Shown piece after piece: positions 18,287 to 26,939 of a stretch of DNA of 64,000 nucleotides. The stretch comes from Anaerolineales bacterium. GTDB lineage: Bacteria; Chloroflexota; Anaerolineae; Anaerolineales; UBA6663. A program made the translations under genes and the position numbers. Each line of letters starts with the position of its first letter. The first letter of the stretch is position 1. The notes under the pieces were generated by a model. The model was not told where the DNA came from and did not search any database. It saw nothing but the letters and a program-made list of their open reading frames with translations. Where the stretch lies: NCBI GenBank assembly GCA_044224715.1, contig JBGAJV010000031.1:44-64043 (forward strand), in the 5' to 3' direction.

Positions 18287-18508
18287 CGGTGGCCCGTCGT
18301 TATGGCTTCTTCCACCCAATCGACCGCGCGGTTATCTGCTACGCACCGAACCTGGACAAAAAAGATCGTTGTCTGACGCACGGTCGTGTTCGCCTTCAAT
18401 TCGCGTCATTCGCGATATGCGCGGCCAGACCCCGCGCCCGCCAACTCACCCGTGCCCACATCACCTCTGTCGGTCGCGGCTCACCCGCAAGTATGCGACA
18501 ATCAAGTG

Positions 18509-19033
18509 ATGGCTGCTCCACGTTCGTCCGCCGGGTACGTGCCCTGGTGGCTGCTGTTGCTTGTCGTGTCGGGCTTCGTCCTCGCGGCCGCGATTCTGGC
18601 CGGGCTGGCCGTCTCGACGCGCACGGCGGATCTCCCGCGGCCGACGGCCACGGCCCGCATCATCGTCGATGCCGGCGGGTCGTCGGGCGACGTGCTGCCG
18701 ACGCCCTTCGTGCCGCCGCCAACGGCGACTCCGCCGGGCGGCCCGACGCCGACGGTCGCCGAAGCCACGCCGACCCTGTCCGCGCTGACGCCGTCGATCG
18801 GCGGCTACGTCCAGGTTATCGGCACGGGCGACATCGGTTTTCTGAATCTGCGCGCCGAGGCCAGTCGCTCGGCGGCTGTCAACTATCTGGCGCTCGAGCG
18901 CGAGGTCTTTCAGGTGCAGGCCGGGCCCGTCGAATCTGACGGCCTGGTCTGGTGGTACCTGGTCGACCCCGCGACGGGCTCGCGCAACGGCTGGGGCGCG
19001 CAAAACTACCTGACGGTCGTCGCCGGTCCCTGA
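18509..19033 (+). CDS. Membrane-anchored Pro/Thr-rich protein with SH3b-like domain
   Basis: TM helix, PT linker, FLNLRAE..GPVESDGLVWW..GWGAQNYL. Confidence 0.8.
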   Translation: MAAPRSSAGYVPWWLLLLVVSGFVLAAAILAGLAVSTRTADLPRPTATARIIVDAGGSSGDVLPTPFVPPPTATPPGGPTPTVAEATPTLSALTPSIGGYVQVIGTGDIGFLNLRAEASRSAAVNYLALEREVFQVQAGPVESDGLVWWYLVDPATGSRNGWGAQNYLTVVAGP

Positions 19034-19052
19034 GCGTCCGACGCCCGTCTCA

Positions 19053-19430
19053 ATGATCATGCCCCTCAAACCTAAGAACATCACCCTGGATCGCCCCCAA
19101 CAACGCCTGGTCATCGACTGGAACGACGGCACGCACTGCGCCTATGCCCTCAACGTGCTGCGCGAAGGCTGCCCCTGCGCGGACTGCCGGGGCGGGCACG
19201 CGAACATGGGCAAGCCGCCGGACATCGATAGCCTGCTGGTCATCCCGTTGGTTCGCACCAAGAGCTACGAGGTCGCCCGCGTCGAGCCCGTTGGGCATTA
19301 CGCCCTCAAAGTCACGTGGACCGACGGCCACGATGCCGGCATCTACACCTGGCCCTATCTGCGCGAGCTGTGCGCCGGCCTCGCCGCTAAATCCGGCCAG
19401 GATGATCGCTACCGCCCGATCGGCCAGTAA
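19053..19430 (+). CDS. DUF971 (GBBH-like N-terminal) protein
   Basis: IDWNDG..LREGCPCADC..VGHYAL..WTDGHDAGIYTWPYL. Confidence 0.9.
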   Translation: MIMPLKPKNITLDRPQQRLVIDWNDGTHCAYALNVLREGCPCADCRGGHANMGKPPDIDSLLVIPLVRTKSYEVARVEPVGHYALKVTWTDGHDAGIYTWPYLRELCAGLAAKSGQDDRYRPIGQ

Positions 19431-19494
19431 GACGAATTCGATCTCAGGTACGACACGCCGCCGACTCGCGACGCGCCGACCGTCAGGTCCCATC

Positions 19495-21543
19495 ATGCCC
19501 GTCAAGACACCCATAACACCCGAAGACCTCTATCAACTCAAACACGTCGAAGACCCGCAGATCAGCCCCGATGGGCGCTGGGTCGCCTACGTCGTCCGAT
19601 CGCAGACCAAACTCGACAACGCCTACGAGCGCCACATCTGGCTGCTCGACCTGTCTGAAAAGGCCGCGACGCCGCGTCAGTTCACGTTCGGCGCAAAGTC
19701 CGACTTCGCGCCGCGGTGGCGGCCGGACGGCAGCGCGATGGCGTTCGTGTCGCTTCGCGGCGGCAAGCCGCAGGTGTACCTGATCACGCTGGCGGGCGGC
19801 GAGGCGTTCGCGTTGACGACGTTGGCCAACGGCGCGACAGGCCCCGTGTGGAGCCCCGATGGCCGGCAGCTGGCCGTGCTCTCCGACGTCAACGCTGATG
19901 AGCGCCGCGCGGAGGACAGCGAGACGCAGTCGACGCCGCCCGCCGACGCCCTCGAAGCCCGGCACCGCCGCGAACGCGAGGCCGAGGACGACAAGCGCAA
20001 GCAGGACCCGCGTGTGATCCGGAATCTGCCGTACCGAACCGGTACGGAGTACTTCGACGATCGCACCAGCCATATCTACGTGCTCGACGTCGCTGCTGAC
20101 GGAACGCCCGGCGCCGCGCGGCGACTGACAGACGGCGACCGGAACTACACCCACATCTCGTGGTACCCCGACGGCCGCGCGATCCTGTCTAGCCAATCGG
20201 GCCGACCCGACAGCGATCCCTGGTTCTTCAGTCGGCCGGTGCGCATCCCGACGCGCGGCGCGCGGCGTCAGACCTTCATCATGCCGACCGGATTCGAGTA
20301 CTTCGATGCGCAGGTCAGTCCGGATGGGCGCTGGATCGCGGCCATGCGCCAGCCTGACGAAGGCTCGTTCGGCGAGCCTTCACGCATCGTGGTCTTCCCG
20401 GCGCGGGGCGGGGCCGTCGTGGAGCGCGCGGCCGAGATCGATCGCGGCCCGGGTCAATTGACCTGGTCGCAGGACTCGAAGCGTCTATATTTCTTGCTCG
20501 AGGATCGCGGCGACACGGGCGTGTACACGGTCGACGCGCTGGCCGGACCGGCCAAACGCGTGATCGGCGGTCGGCGTGTGGTGCTGAGTTTCAGCGTGGC
20601 GCGCGGCGGACGGATCGCATTTGCCGCGCACACGCCTGAAGGCCCGGCGGACCTGACCGTCTGCGAGACCAACGGGAAGCGCGAGCGGCGGTTGACCGAC
20701 GTGAACAAGGCCTGGCGCGCCGAGCGTGCGCTGGCGCAGATCGAGGAGGTCTGGCACACCGCGCCAGACGGGCGGCAGATCCAGGGCTGGTTCATCCTGC
20801 CGCCGGGCCGCGCGCGCGGGGCCAAGGTGCCGCTGGTGCTCAACATGCACGGCGGACCCTGGGTGATGTGGGGGCCGTCCGTGCCCGAGGTGTGGTTCGA
20901 GATGCAGGTCCATGCCGCCGCCGGCTACGCGGTCTATTACTGCAATCCGCGCGGGTCGCTGGGCTATGGCGCCGAGCATGCGTTGAAGATCGTCAACGAT
21001 TGGGGCGACCACGTCATGCACGACATCCTGTCGGGCGTGGACAACGTCGTCGCACGGGGCGGCATCGACACCCAGCGCATGGCCGTGACCGGCGGCAGCT
21101 ATGCCGGCTACATGACGGCGTGGATCATCGGACACGACCAGCGCTTCGCGTGCGCATGGGCGCAGCGCGGTCTGTATAACCTGACCTCGTTCTTTGGGAC
21201 GAGCGACATCCCGCAGTTGATCGAGCGCGAGTTCGGGGCGCGCGGTTTTGAGGACATCGAGCGACTGTGGAGCCAGTCGCCGCTGGCATACGTCGAGGCC
21301 ATGCGCACGCCGCTCGTGATCGAGCACCAGGATCACGACTGGCGCTGCCCGCCCTCGGAGGGCGAGCAGCTGTACGCGGCCTTGAAACGCCTCGGGCGCA
21401 CGGTGACGCTGTTGCGCTACCCGCGCGAAGGCCACGAGATGACGCGTTCGGGCGAGCCCGGGCACCGCGTCGACCGCCTGCAGCGCATGCTCGAGTGGTT
21501 TGCCGAGCACTGCGGAGCCAAGACGACGCGCAAGCGCAAGTGA
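19495..21543 (+). CDS. S9 family peptidase (acylaminoacyl/dipeptidyl peptidase) with PD40 propeller
   Basis: SPDG repeats; HGGP; GGSYAG nucleophile elbow; DWRCP; EGHE. Confidence 0.93.
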   Translation: MPVKTPITPEDLYQLKHVEDPQISPDGRWVAYVVRSQTKLDNAYERHIWLLDLSEKAATPRQFTFGAKSDFAPRWRPDGSAMAFVSLRGGKPQVYLITLAGGEAFALTTLANGATGPVWSPDGRQLAVLSDVNADERRAEDSETQSTPPADALEARHRREREAEDDKRKQDPRVIRNLPYRTGTEYFDDRTSHIYVLDVAADGTPGAARRLTDGDRNYTHISWYPDGRAILSSQSGRPDSDPWFFSRPVRIPTRGARRQTFIMPTGFEYFDAQVSPDGRWIAAMRQPDEGSFGEPSRIVVFPARGGAVVERAAEIDRGPGQLTWSQDSKRLYFLLEDRGDTGVYTVDALAGPAKRVIGGRRVVLSFSVARGGRIAFAAHTPEGPADLTVCETNGKRERRLTDVNKAWRAERALAQIEEVWHTAPDGRQIQGWFILPPGRARGAKVPLVLNMHGGPWVMWGPSVPEVWFEMQVHAAAGYAVYYCNPRGSLGYGAEHALKIVNDWGDHVMHDILSGVDNVVARGGIDTQRMAVTGGSYAGYMTAWIIGHDQRFACAWAQRGLYNLTSFFGTSDIPQLIEREFGARGFEDIERLWSQSPLAYVEAMRTPLVIEHQDHDWRCPPSEGEQLYAALKRLGRTVTLLRYPREGHEMTRSGEPGHRVDRLQRMLEWFAEHCGAKTTRKRK

Positions 21544-21565
21544 CGGTCGGGCCGGAGACGCGTTC

Positions 21566-21610
21566 GCAAAACAAAGAAGGTGGCCTATGCGGCCACCTTC
21601 TTTGTTTTGC
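21566..21610. terminator. Bidirectional rho-independent terminator
   Basis: Perfect 20-bp stem GCAAAACAAAGAAGGTGGCC-tatgc-GGCCACCTTCTTTGTTTTGC between convergent genes. Confidence 0.88.
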
Positions 21611-21626
21611 TTGTCCGGCTTAGCCG

Positions 21627-22745
21627 TTACTGCGGCGTCACGGTGTCGACCGTGGGCGTGATGCCGGGGCCGGGCAGGACGATCGTGGGCGTCGTGCCCT
21701 CGGGCGTGAAGATGATCTTGTCGGTGGGCTTCAGCGCGGCGGCGTTGGCCTGCGCGATCTGCAGCTGCAGATAGGCCGGGCTCGAGGCATACAGCTCGGC
21801 CAGAGCGCGCTGTTGGGCGAGGTCGGCGCGCGCCTTTTGTTCGGCCGCGTCGGCCAGCGCGCGGTTGATCTCGAGATCCTGCTGCGCGGCCAACAACTCG
21901 TTGGCTTTCTCGGCCTCGATGACGGCCTGCTCGGCGATCAGGCGCTCCTGCTGGAGCTTGGCCAGGAGCGTCTGCTGGCGCGCTTCTTCCTGGATCCGGC
22001 TCTGCTCGACGCGGATCTCGCCTTCCTGGCGGGCCTGTTCGGCCAGCGCCTCGGCCTCGGCCTTGAGCTTGTCCTGCGCGGCCTTCTCGGTCGCGAGCCG
22101 CGACGCCACGATCGAGTCGAGCGCCGCCTGCACCTCGGGCGAGAGCACGACCTCGGGCACCACCACGTTGGAGACCGTCAGACCGTAGTTGTCGGCCAGC
22201 TTGCTGGTCTCGTCGTCGATGCACGAGCGCAACTCGTCGCGCGCGGTGCCGATGATGGCGTCGTCGAACTTGCGCGATCCGACGCAGACCTTCATCGCCT
22301 GTTGCACAAGCGACTTGGCGCGGTCGAGCGCGACCGAGTCGTCGAGATAGACCTGACTGTACTGCGCCCAGTTGGCGAGCAGGACATCCTTCTGCGCCGT
22401 GCCGGGTCGGAACAGGTCGCCGGTGACGACCAGACCGATGCGTTGCTTGTCCGAGGTGATGATCTCCTCGTCGCGCACGCTGAAGGGCAGGGCGGCGCTG
22501 GACACGCGCTTCAGATCGACGTACAGACCGAAGTCGCTGTAGACACCCGGTCCGACGACGTTCTCGACCTGGCCGCCGCGGAGCTGAAGACCGACCTCGC
22601 CGGGGCCGACCGTCTCGAGCAGGTATACGAACTGGCCGCTGACCCCGAAAAGCACGGGGATCACAATCAGCAGCACCACCGCGCCGATGGCGAGGTTGCG
22701 CACGATGGGCGGTATGGAAAAAGGACGATTGGGTTTGGCTGTCAT
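21627..22745 (-). CDS. SPFH/band-7 domain protein
   Basis: TM helix, VGPGEVG..GPG, SPFH core, Ala/Glu-rich coiled coil; AGAGGA RBS. Confidence 0.85.
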   Translation of the reverse strand: MTAKPNRPFSIPPIVRNLAIGAVVLLIVIPVLFGVSGQFVYLLETVGPGEVGLQLRGGQVENVVGPGVYSDFGLYVDLKRVSSAALPFSVRDEEIITSDKQRIGLVVTGDLFRPGTAQKDVLLANWAQYSQVYLDDSVALDRAKSLVQQAMKVCVGSRKFDDAIIGTARDELRSCIDDETSKLADNYGLTVSNVVVPEVVLSPEVQAALDSIVASRLATEKAAQDKLKAEAEALAEQARQEGEIRVEQSRIQEEARQQTLLAKLQQERLIAEQAVIEAEKANELLAAQQDLEINRALADAAEQKARADLAQQRALAELYASSPAYLQLQIAQANAAALKPTDKIIFTPEGTTPTIVLPGPGITPTVDTVTPQ

Positions 22746-22795
22746 CGATTTGTCCTCTGGGAGTCTGGGCCGAATGATCGAACGTGCACGACACT

Positions 22796-22863
22796 CTTAC
22801 GCGCCGCGCCGCCATCGGGTTGCTCCACTGGCTGACAACCCAGGTGACAACCGGCTGACAGCC
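22796..22863 (-). promoter_or_regulatory. Putative ECF-type promoter and triple TGTCA direct repeat upstream of the SPFH gene
   Basis: Minus strand GCAAC-N17-CGTAA; TGACA(A/G)CC on the + strand at 22833, 22845 and 22856. Confidence 0.4.
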
Positions 22864-22888
22864 GGAGCGGCAGGCGCCAAGACGGCCG

Positions 22889-23608
22889 TCAGTCCGGGTT
22901 CTCGCGTAGATCCGTGAACTTATAGCCGATGCCGCGCTCGGTCAGGATGTACTTGGGGTGGGCGGGATCCTCTTCGAGCTTTTGCCGCAGATAGTTGATA
23001 TACAGGCGCAGATAATGGGTCTCTTCGCGGTACTCGTAACCCCAGACTTTCGCAAGGAGTTGGTCATGAGGCACGACCCAGCCGGCGTTCTGCACGAGAT
23101 GATAGAGCAACCGGAACTCGGTCGGGCGCAGCCGGACGGGCTGGCCGTTGACGAGCACCTCGCGGCGGTCGAGGTTGATGGTCAGCCGATCATCGACGCG
23201 GATGCTGCTCTTCTCGGCCGGCGCCGGTTGCTCGGTGCGGCGCAGCACGGCGCGCACGCGGCTCACCAACTCGCGCGGGCTGAACGGCTTGGTTACGTAA
23301 TCGTCGGCCCCGAGCTCGAGGCCGCGGACGCGGTCGTCCTCTTCGCTGCGGGCGGTGAGCATGATGACCGGCGTATTCGAGATCTCACGCAGCAGACGCA
23401 GCGTCTCGAAACCGTCCAGCTCGGGCATGGCGACGTCGAGCAGGATCAGATCAGGCAGCGTGTCGCGGGCCTGGCTGAGCGCCTGGACGCCGTCAGCGGC
23501 TTCGACGACGTCGAAGCCATCGTGCTCCAGGTTCATGCGAATGAACCGGATCATGCGCGGCTCGTCGTCGACGACGAGGATACGATAGCGTTCTTTTTCG
23601 GTCGGCAT
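22889..23608 (-). CDS. OmpR-family response regulator
   Basis: [22 protein letters not shown]; winged helix [22 protein letters not shown]. Confidence 0.95.
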   Translation of the reverse strand: MPTEKERYRILVVDDEPRMIRFIRMNLEHDGFDVVEAADGVQALSQARDTLPDLILLDVAMPELDGFETLRLLREISNTPVIMLTARSEEDDRVRGLELGADDYVTKPFSPRELVSRVRAVLRRTEQPAPAEKSSIRVDDRLTINLDRREVLVNGQPVRLRPTEFRLLYHLVQNAGWVVPHDQLLAKVWGYEYREETHYLRLYINYLRQKLEEDPAHPKYILTERGIGYKFTDLRENPD

Positions 23609-23670
23609 GATGTGTCGCGAAACGCGGAGTGTGGCGCGGATCGACGCGCTACGCTCAGTGCTTCACGCGT

Positions 23671-23913
23671 TTACTCTCTCACGAATCCGATGATCTGCTC
23701 GTCGTCCGCGCCGGGCAGGACCTCGATGAAGGTCACGCGCGTCATCGGCCAGATGACCTGATTGACGCCGGCGGCCAGGTACCGCAGATCCTTGTTGTCG
23801 CGGGTGCGGGGGTTGGACGCCAGGACGCAGGTGTCGTTGCTGGCGGGAAGCTTCTCGACTTCGGCCAGGATCGGATCTTCGTTGGCGATGTGCAGAATGA
23901 CGTGAACGGGCAT
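23671..23913 (-). CDS. Small hypothetical protein (possible Sm/LSm-like beta fold)
   Basis: GGAG RBS, operon position, GC3-rich codons; beta pattern VHVILHIANEDPILAEV..VIWPMTRVTFIEV. Confidence 0.75.
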   Translation of the reverse strand: MPVHVILHIANEDPILAEVEKLPASNDTCVLASNPRTRDNKDLRYLAAGVNQVIWPMTRVTFIEVLPGADDEQIIGFVRE

Positions 23914-23932
23914 AACGGGCTCCGAATGGGAT

Positions 23933-24478
23933 TTACGACGAGAACTCGATTCGAACCATCAGACGCGCGAACTTCACCAGGTCGCCGTTCTCCAGGCGCA
24001 CCGGCGTGCCGGTCGTCACGGCCTCGCCGTTGAGCCATGTGCCGTTGGCGCTGCCGAGGTCTTCGAGCAGCAGTTGGCCGCCCAGACGCGAGAGGCGGGC
24101 GTGGCGACGCGAGACACCCAGATCGCGACCGCCGTGCGGGCCAAGGTCGGCATCCGGCTCGGAACCGGGGCCGCCTTCGCGACCGACGATGTAATCCTCT
24201 TTGCCCGACAGCGTCAGCAACGCGTCGGCATCGATCAAACGCAGACCGATGGCTCCGGGGATGCGCACCACTTGTTCGGCGTCGCCGATCAGGGCTTCAA
24301 GCGGCGGCGGCGTGGGGGCCGTGTGCGCTGACGTATTGGGCTTGGGCTCCGTCGGGGCTTTGCGGGCCGGCATCCGAATGGTGGTCTCGGTCGCGAGGCC
24401 CCAGAGCTGCGCGCCGCAAGTTGTGCAGTACAACTCGCCTTCCGGCTCGACATGGCGACAGCTTGGGCATGTGATCAT
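23933..24478 (-). CDS. Zinc-ribbon + FHA domain protein
   Basis: CPSC..CTTC; IVGR..VSRRHA..DLGSANGTWLNG. Confidence 0.92.
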   Translation of the reverse strand: MITCPSCRHVEPEGELYCTTCGAQLWGLATETTIRMPARKAPTEPKPNTSAHTAPTPPPLEALIGDAEQVVRIPGAIGLRLIDADALLTLSGKEDYIVGREGGPGSEPDADLGPHGGRDLGVSRRHARLSRLGGQLLLEDLGSANGTWLNGEAVTTGTPVRLENGDLVKFARLMVRIEFSS

Positions 24479-24482
24479 GGCG

Positions 24483-25937
24483 TCACCCTTCGAGGCCGGC
24501 GAGGGCGCGCGTGCCGTACTTGATCCGCTTGCGCGCCTCCTCGGACATCGACGCGCTCTTCTCGATGCGACGCGCCTCGGCGATGGCCATCTTCGCCAGG
24601 TCGGCCTGACCGGCCGCGAGGAGCCGTGTGCCCAGCACTGTGAGCGCGCGCGTGGCCTCGTCGACGTCGCCGTTCTGGAGTTCGGTGAAGGCGCGCTCCT
24701 GCAGCCGGATCTGGGTCAAGCGGCGCAGCGCTGCGACGATCGGGGCCGGCGGATCGTTGAGCGCCGCCTCCGAGGCGACAGTGGCCTCGAGATCGAGCGT
24801 GAGTCGGACCCGGCGCGTTCCCGGCCCGGCCGTGTCGCCGATGATGGCCAGGCGCGCGATCGGGAAGGCGCCCTCCACCTCAGCCAGCATCCGAAACTTC
24901 AACAGGATGCAGAGTTTTTCGCTGCGAGGGAGCTGACCCAGGGCGAGCTGATGCGGCGGGATCGCCAGCGGACTTGGCTCGGGCGTGAAGCGAAACGCCT
25001 CGAGCAGCTCGACGCCGGCGTCGGGGATGACGTCGAGGTGCACGCGCTCAGCCGCCAGATCCGACAGGATGTTCAGGCGCCGGCGCAGGAACTCGGCCAC
25101 CTGTTCGGGCGTGAGCGCCAGATCCACCGCGCCGCCGGTGGCGGCCGCCAACTGATCCAGGAACTTGTCGTTCCACTCGTCGCCGATGCCGAGGCCGTGC
25201 ACGGTGACGCCGTCGGCGCGGGCGAGCGCGGCGAGGAGCTGGCACTCGGCCTCGTCGCCATACGTCTGGCCGTCGGTGAGCAGCACGAGCTGGCTGATCG
25301 CTTTCGCGTTGAGCTGGCCGTGCAGCTCGGCGAGGCCGCGCAGCAGACCGCGCATGATCTCGGTGCCGCCGCCGGCGCGGATCGTGGCGACCTTGGATCG
25401 CGCGAGCCGGCGCTGTTCGTCGGTCATCTTGTGGGCGGTCACCACGGCCTCGGCGCGATCGCTGAACACGATCACGCTGCAGGTGTCCTGCGAACGCAGG
25501 CCGTCGATGATGGCGTTGACGCCGGCCTTTGCCTGATCGAGACGGGCGCCGTTCATCGACGTCGACCGGTCGATCACAAGGCACAGATTCGCGGCGGGCG
25601 CCGGGGTATCGACCGACGAGCCGGTCGGCGCGATCTCGATCAAGGCATACACGATCTGCGGTTCGGCGCGGCGCGGCAGGCGCGCGCGGCTCATGTGTAG
25701 CGTCGCGGTGAAGGGCGGGAGCGGGGTCGGTGGACCGTTGCGATAGGCGACGCGCTGCGCCGGATCGCTAAGGACGTCGAAAGCGGCCTGCACCCGGCGG
25801 ACTTCGGCCGCGGCCTCGGGCACCGTCGATCGGCTCATCCGGCGGGTCAGGCGCCGATACGCCGACTCGATCGCCGGCAGTTCGGCGTCGGGCGCCAGAT
25901 TGAGGAGCTGGAACAGATCGCCGGTGGTCATGGCCAT
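24483..25937 (-). CDS. J-like domain + vWA (YfbK-like) protein
   Basis: N-terminal DLFQLL..IESAYRRL..AAFDVLSDP without HPD; MIDAS DRSTS, GGGT, LLTDG. Confidence 0.88.
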   Translation of the reverse strand: MAMTTGDLFQLLNLAPDAELPAIESAYRRLTRRMSRSTVPEAAAEVRRVQAAFDVLSDPAQRVAYRNGPPTPLPPFTATLHMSRARLPRRAEPQIVYALIEIAPTGSSVDTPAPAANLCLVIDRSTSMNGARLDQAKAGVNAIIDGLRSQDTCSVIVFSDRAEAVVTAHKMTDEQRRLARSKVATIRAGGGTEIMRGLLRGLAELHGQLNAKAISQLVLLTDGQTYGDEAECQLLAALARADGVTVHGLGIGDEWNDKFLDQLAAATGGAVDLALTPEQVAEFLRRRLNILSDLAAERVHLDVIPDAGVELLEAFRFTPEPSPLAIPPHQLALGQLPRSEKLCILLKFRMLAEVEGAFPIARLAIIGDTAGPGTRRVRLTLDLEATVASEAALNDPPAPIVAALRRLTQIRLQERAFTELQNGDVDEATRALTVLGTRLLAAGQADLAKMAIAEARRIEKSASMSEEARKRIKYGTRALAGLEG

Positions 25938-25958
25938 GGCGGGCTCAGCCTGGTCGGC

Positions 25959-26927
25959 TCAGCCCGGGAACTGCACGATGATCACGCTGATGTTGTCGGG
26001 CCCCCCGGCCTGATTGGCCGCCTCGACGAGCGCGGTGGCCGCGGCCTGCGGGCCGCTGGCGTTGCGCGCAATCTGCAGAATGGCGTGATCTGGGACCAGG
26101 CCCCACATGCCGTCCGAGCACAACAGCAGCCGGCTGCCCGGCTCGATCCGGCGCGAAATGATGTCGACCTCCAGCCCCTCGCCCTGACCGACGGCGCGGT
26201 AGAGCACGCTGCGCTGCGGGTGAACGGCGGCTTCCTCGTCCGTAATCTGCCCAAGTTCCTTCAGGCGCTGGACAAGCGAGTGATCGCGCGTCAGTTGCTC
26301 GCACCCGCCCGCCTGGACGAAATAAGCGCGGCTGTCGCCGACGTGGCCGATGACGAGCGAGTCGCCGATGACCAGCGCCGCCGACACGGTCGTGCCGCCA
26401 TCAGGGACGTGCGTGTGCACGGTCTGGTTGGCGCGAAGGATGGCGTTCTCCATGACGTCGGTCAAGAGCGGGCGCTCGATGTCGTCCTGATCGGGGCGTG
26501 CCAGCAGCGACGGCGCGATGGCAGCCAGGACTTCCTGTGTAATCGTGCGCGCCGCGACGCCCGAGGCGCGTTCGCCGAGCGAGTGACCGCCCATGCCGTC
26601 GGCGATCACATACAGGCCGAACTGCGGCATGGGGTCGAGCCCGCCCAGCTCGCCCGAGAACACCATCAGCGTGTCTTCGTTGTGGTTGCGGACCCGGCCG
26701 ACGTCTTGGGCGACGCCCAGAACGCGGCGCGTGGTCGGAGGCCAGATCGGCCGCGGCATCGTGTCGGGCGCGGGGATGTCGCCCAGGTCCGGCAAAGGTT
26801 GGGTGGTGTCGCTGTCCGGCGCGACGCGCACGGGAGCGGCCGGCCGGGTGACGGTCGCGTCTTCAGCGGCCGGTTGGTCCTTGCCGCCGAACAGATCGCG
26901 CACCCATCGGGTCAGGCTGTTTGCCAC
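25959..26927 (-). CDS. PP2C (Stp1/PstP-type) Ser/Thr phosphatase
   Basis: RNHNED, ADGMGGH, GTT, HVGDSRAY, LTRDHS, CSDG, GGPDN; GTG start with GGGGAG RBS. Confidence 0.95.
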   Translation of the reverse strand: MANSLTRWVRDLFGGKDQPAAEDATVTRPAAPVRVAPDSDTTQPLPDLGDIPAPDTMPRPIWPPTTRRVLGVAQDVGRVRNHNEDTLMVFSGELGGLDPMPQFGLYVIADGMGGHSLGERASGVAARTITQEVLAAIAPSLLARPDQDDIERPLLTDVMENAILRANQTVHTHVPDGGTTVSAALVIGDSLVIGHVGDSRAYFVQAGGCEQLTRDHSLVQRLKELGQITDEEAAVHPQRSVLYRAVGQGEGLEVDIISRRIEPGSRLLLCSDGMWGLVPDHAILQIARNASGPQAAATALVEAANQAGGPDNISVIIVQFPG

Positions 26928-26939
26928 TAGGATCTCCCC

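Noticed and set aside
22889-23608. Naming the regulator kdpE
   Set aside because: It resembles KdpE, but no kdpD or kdpABC is nearby, so only the family can be supported.
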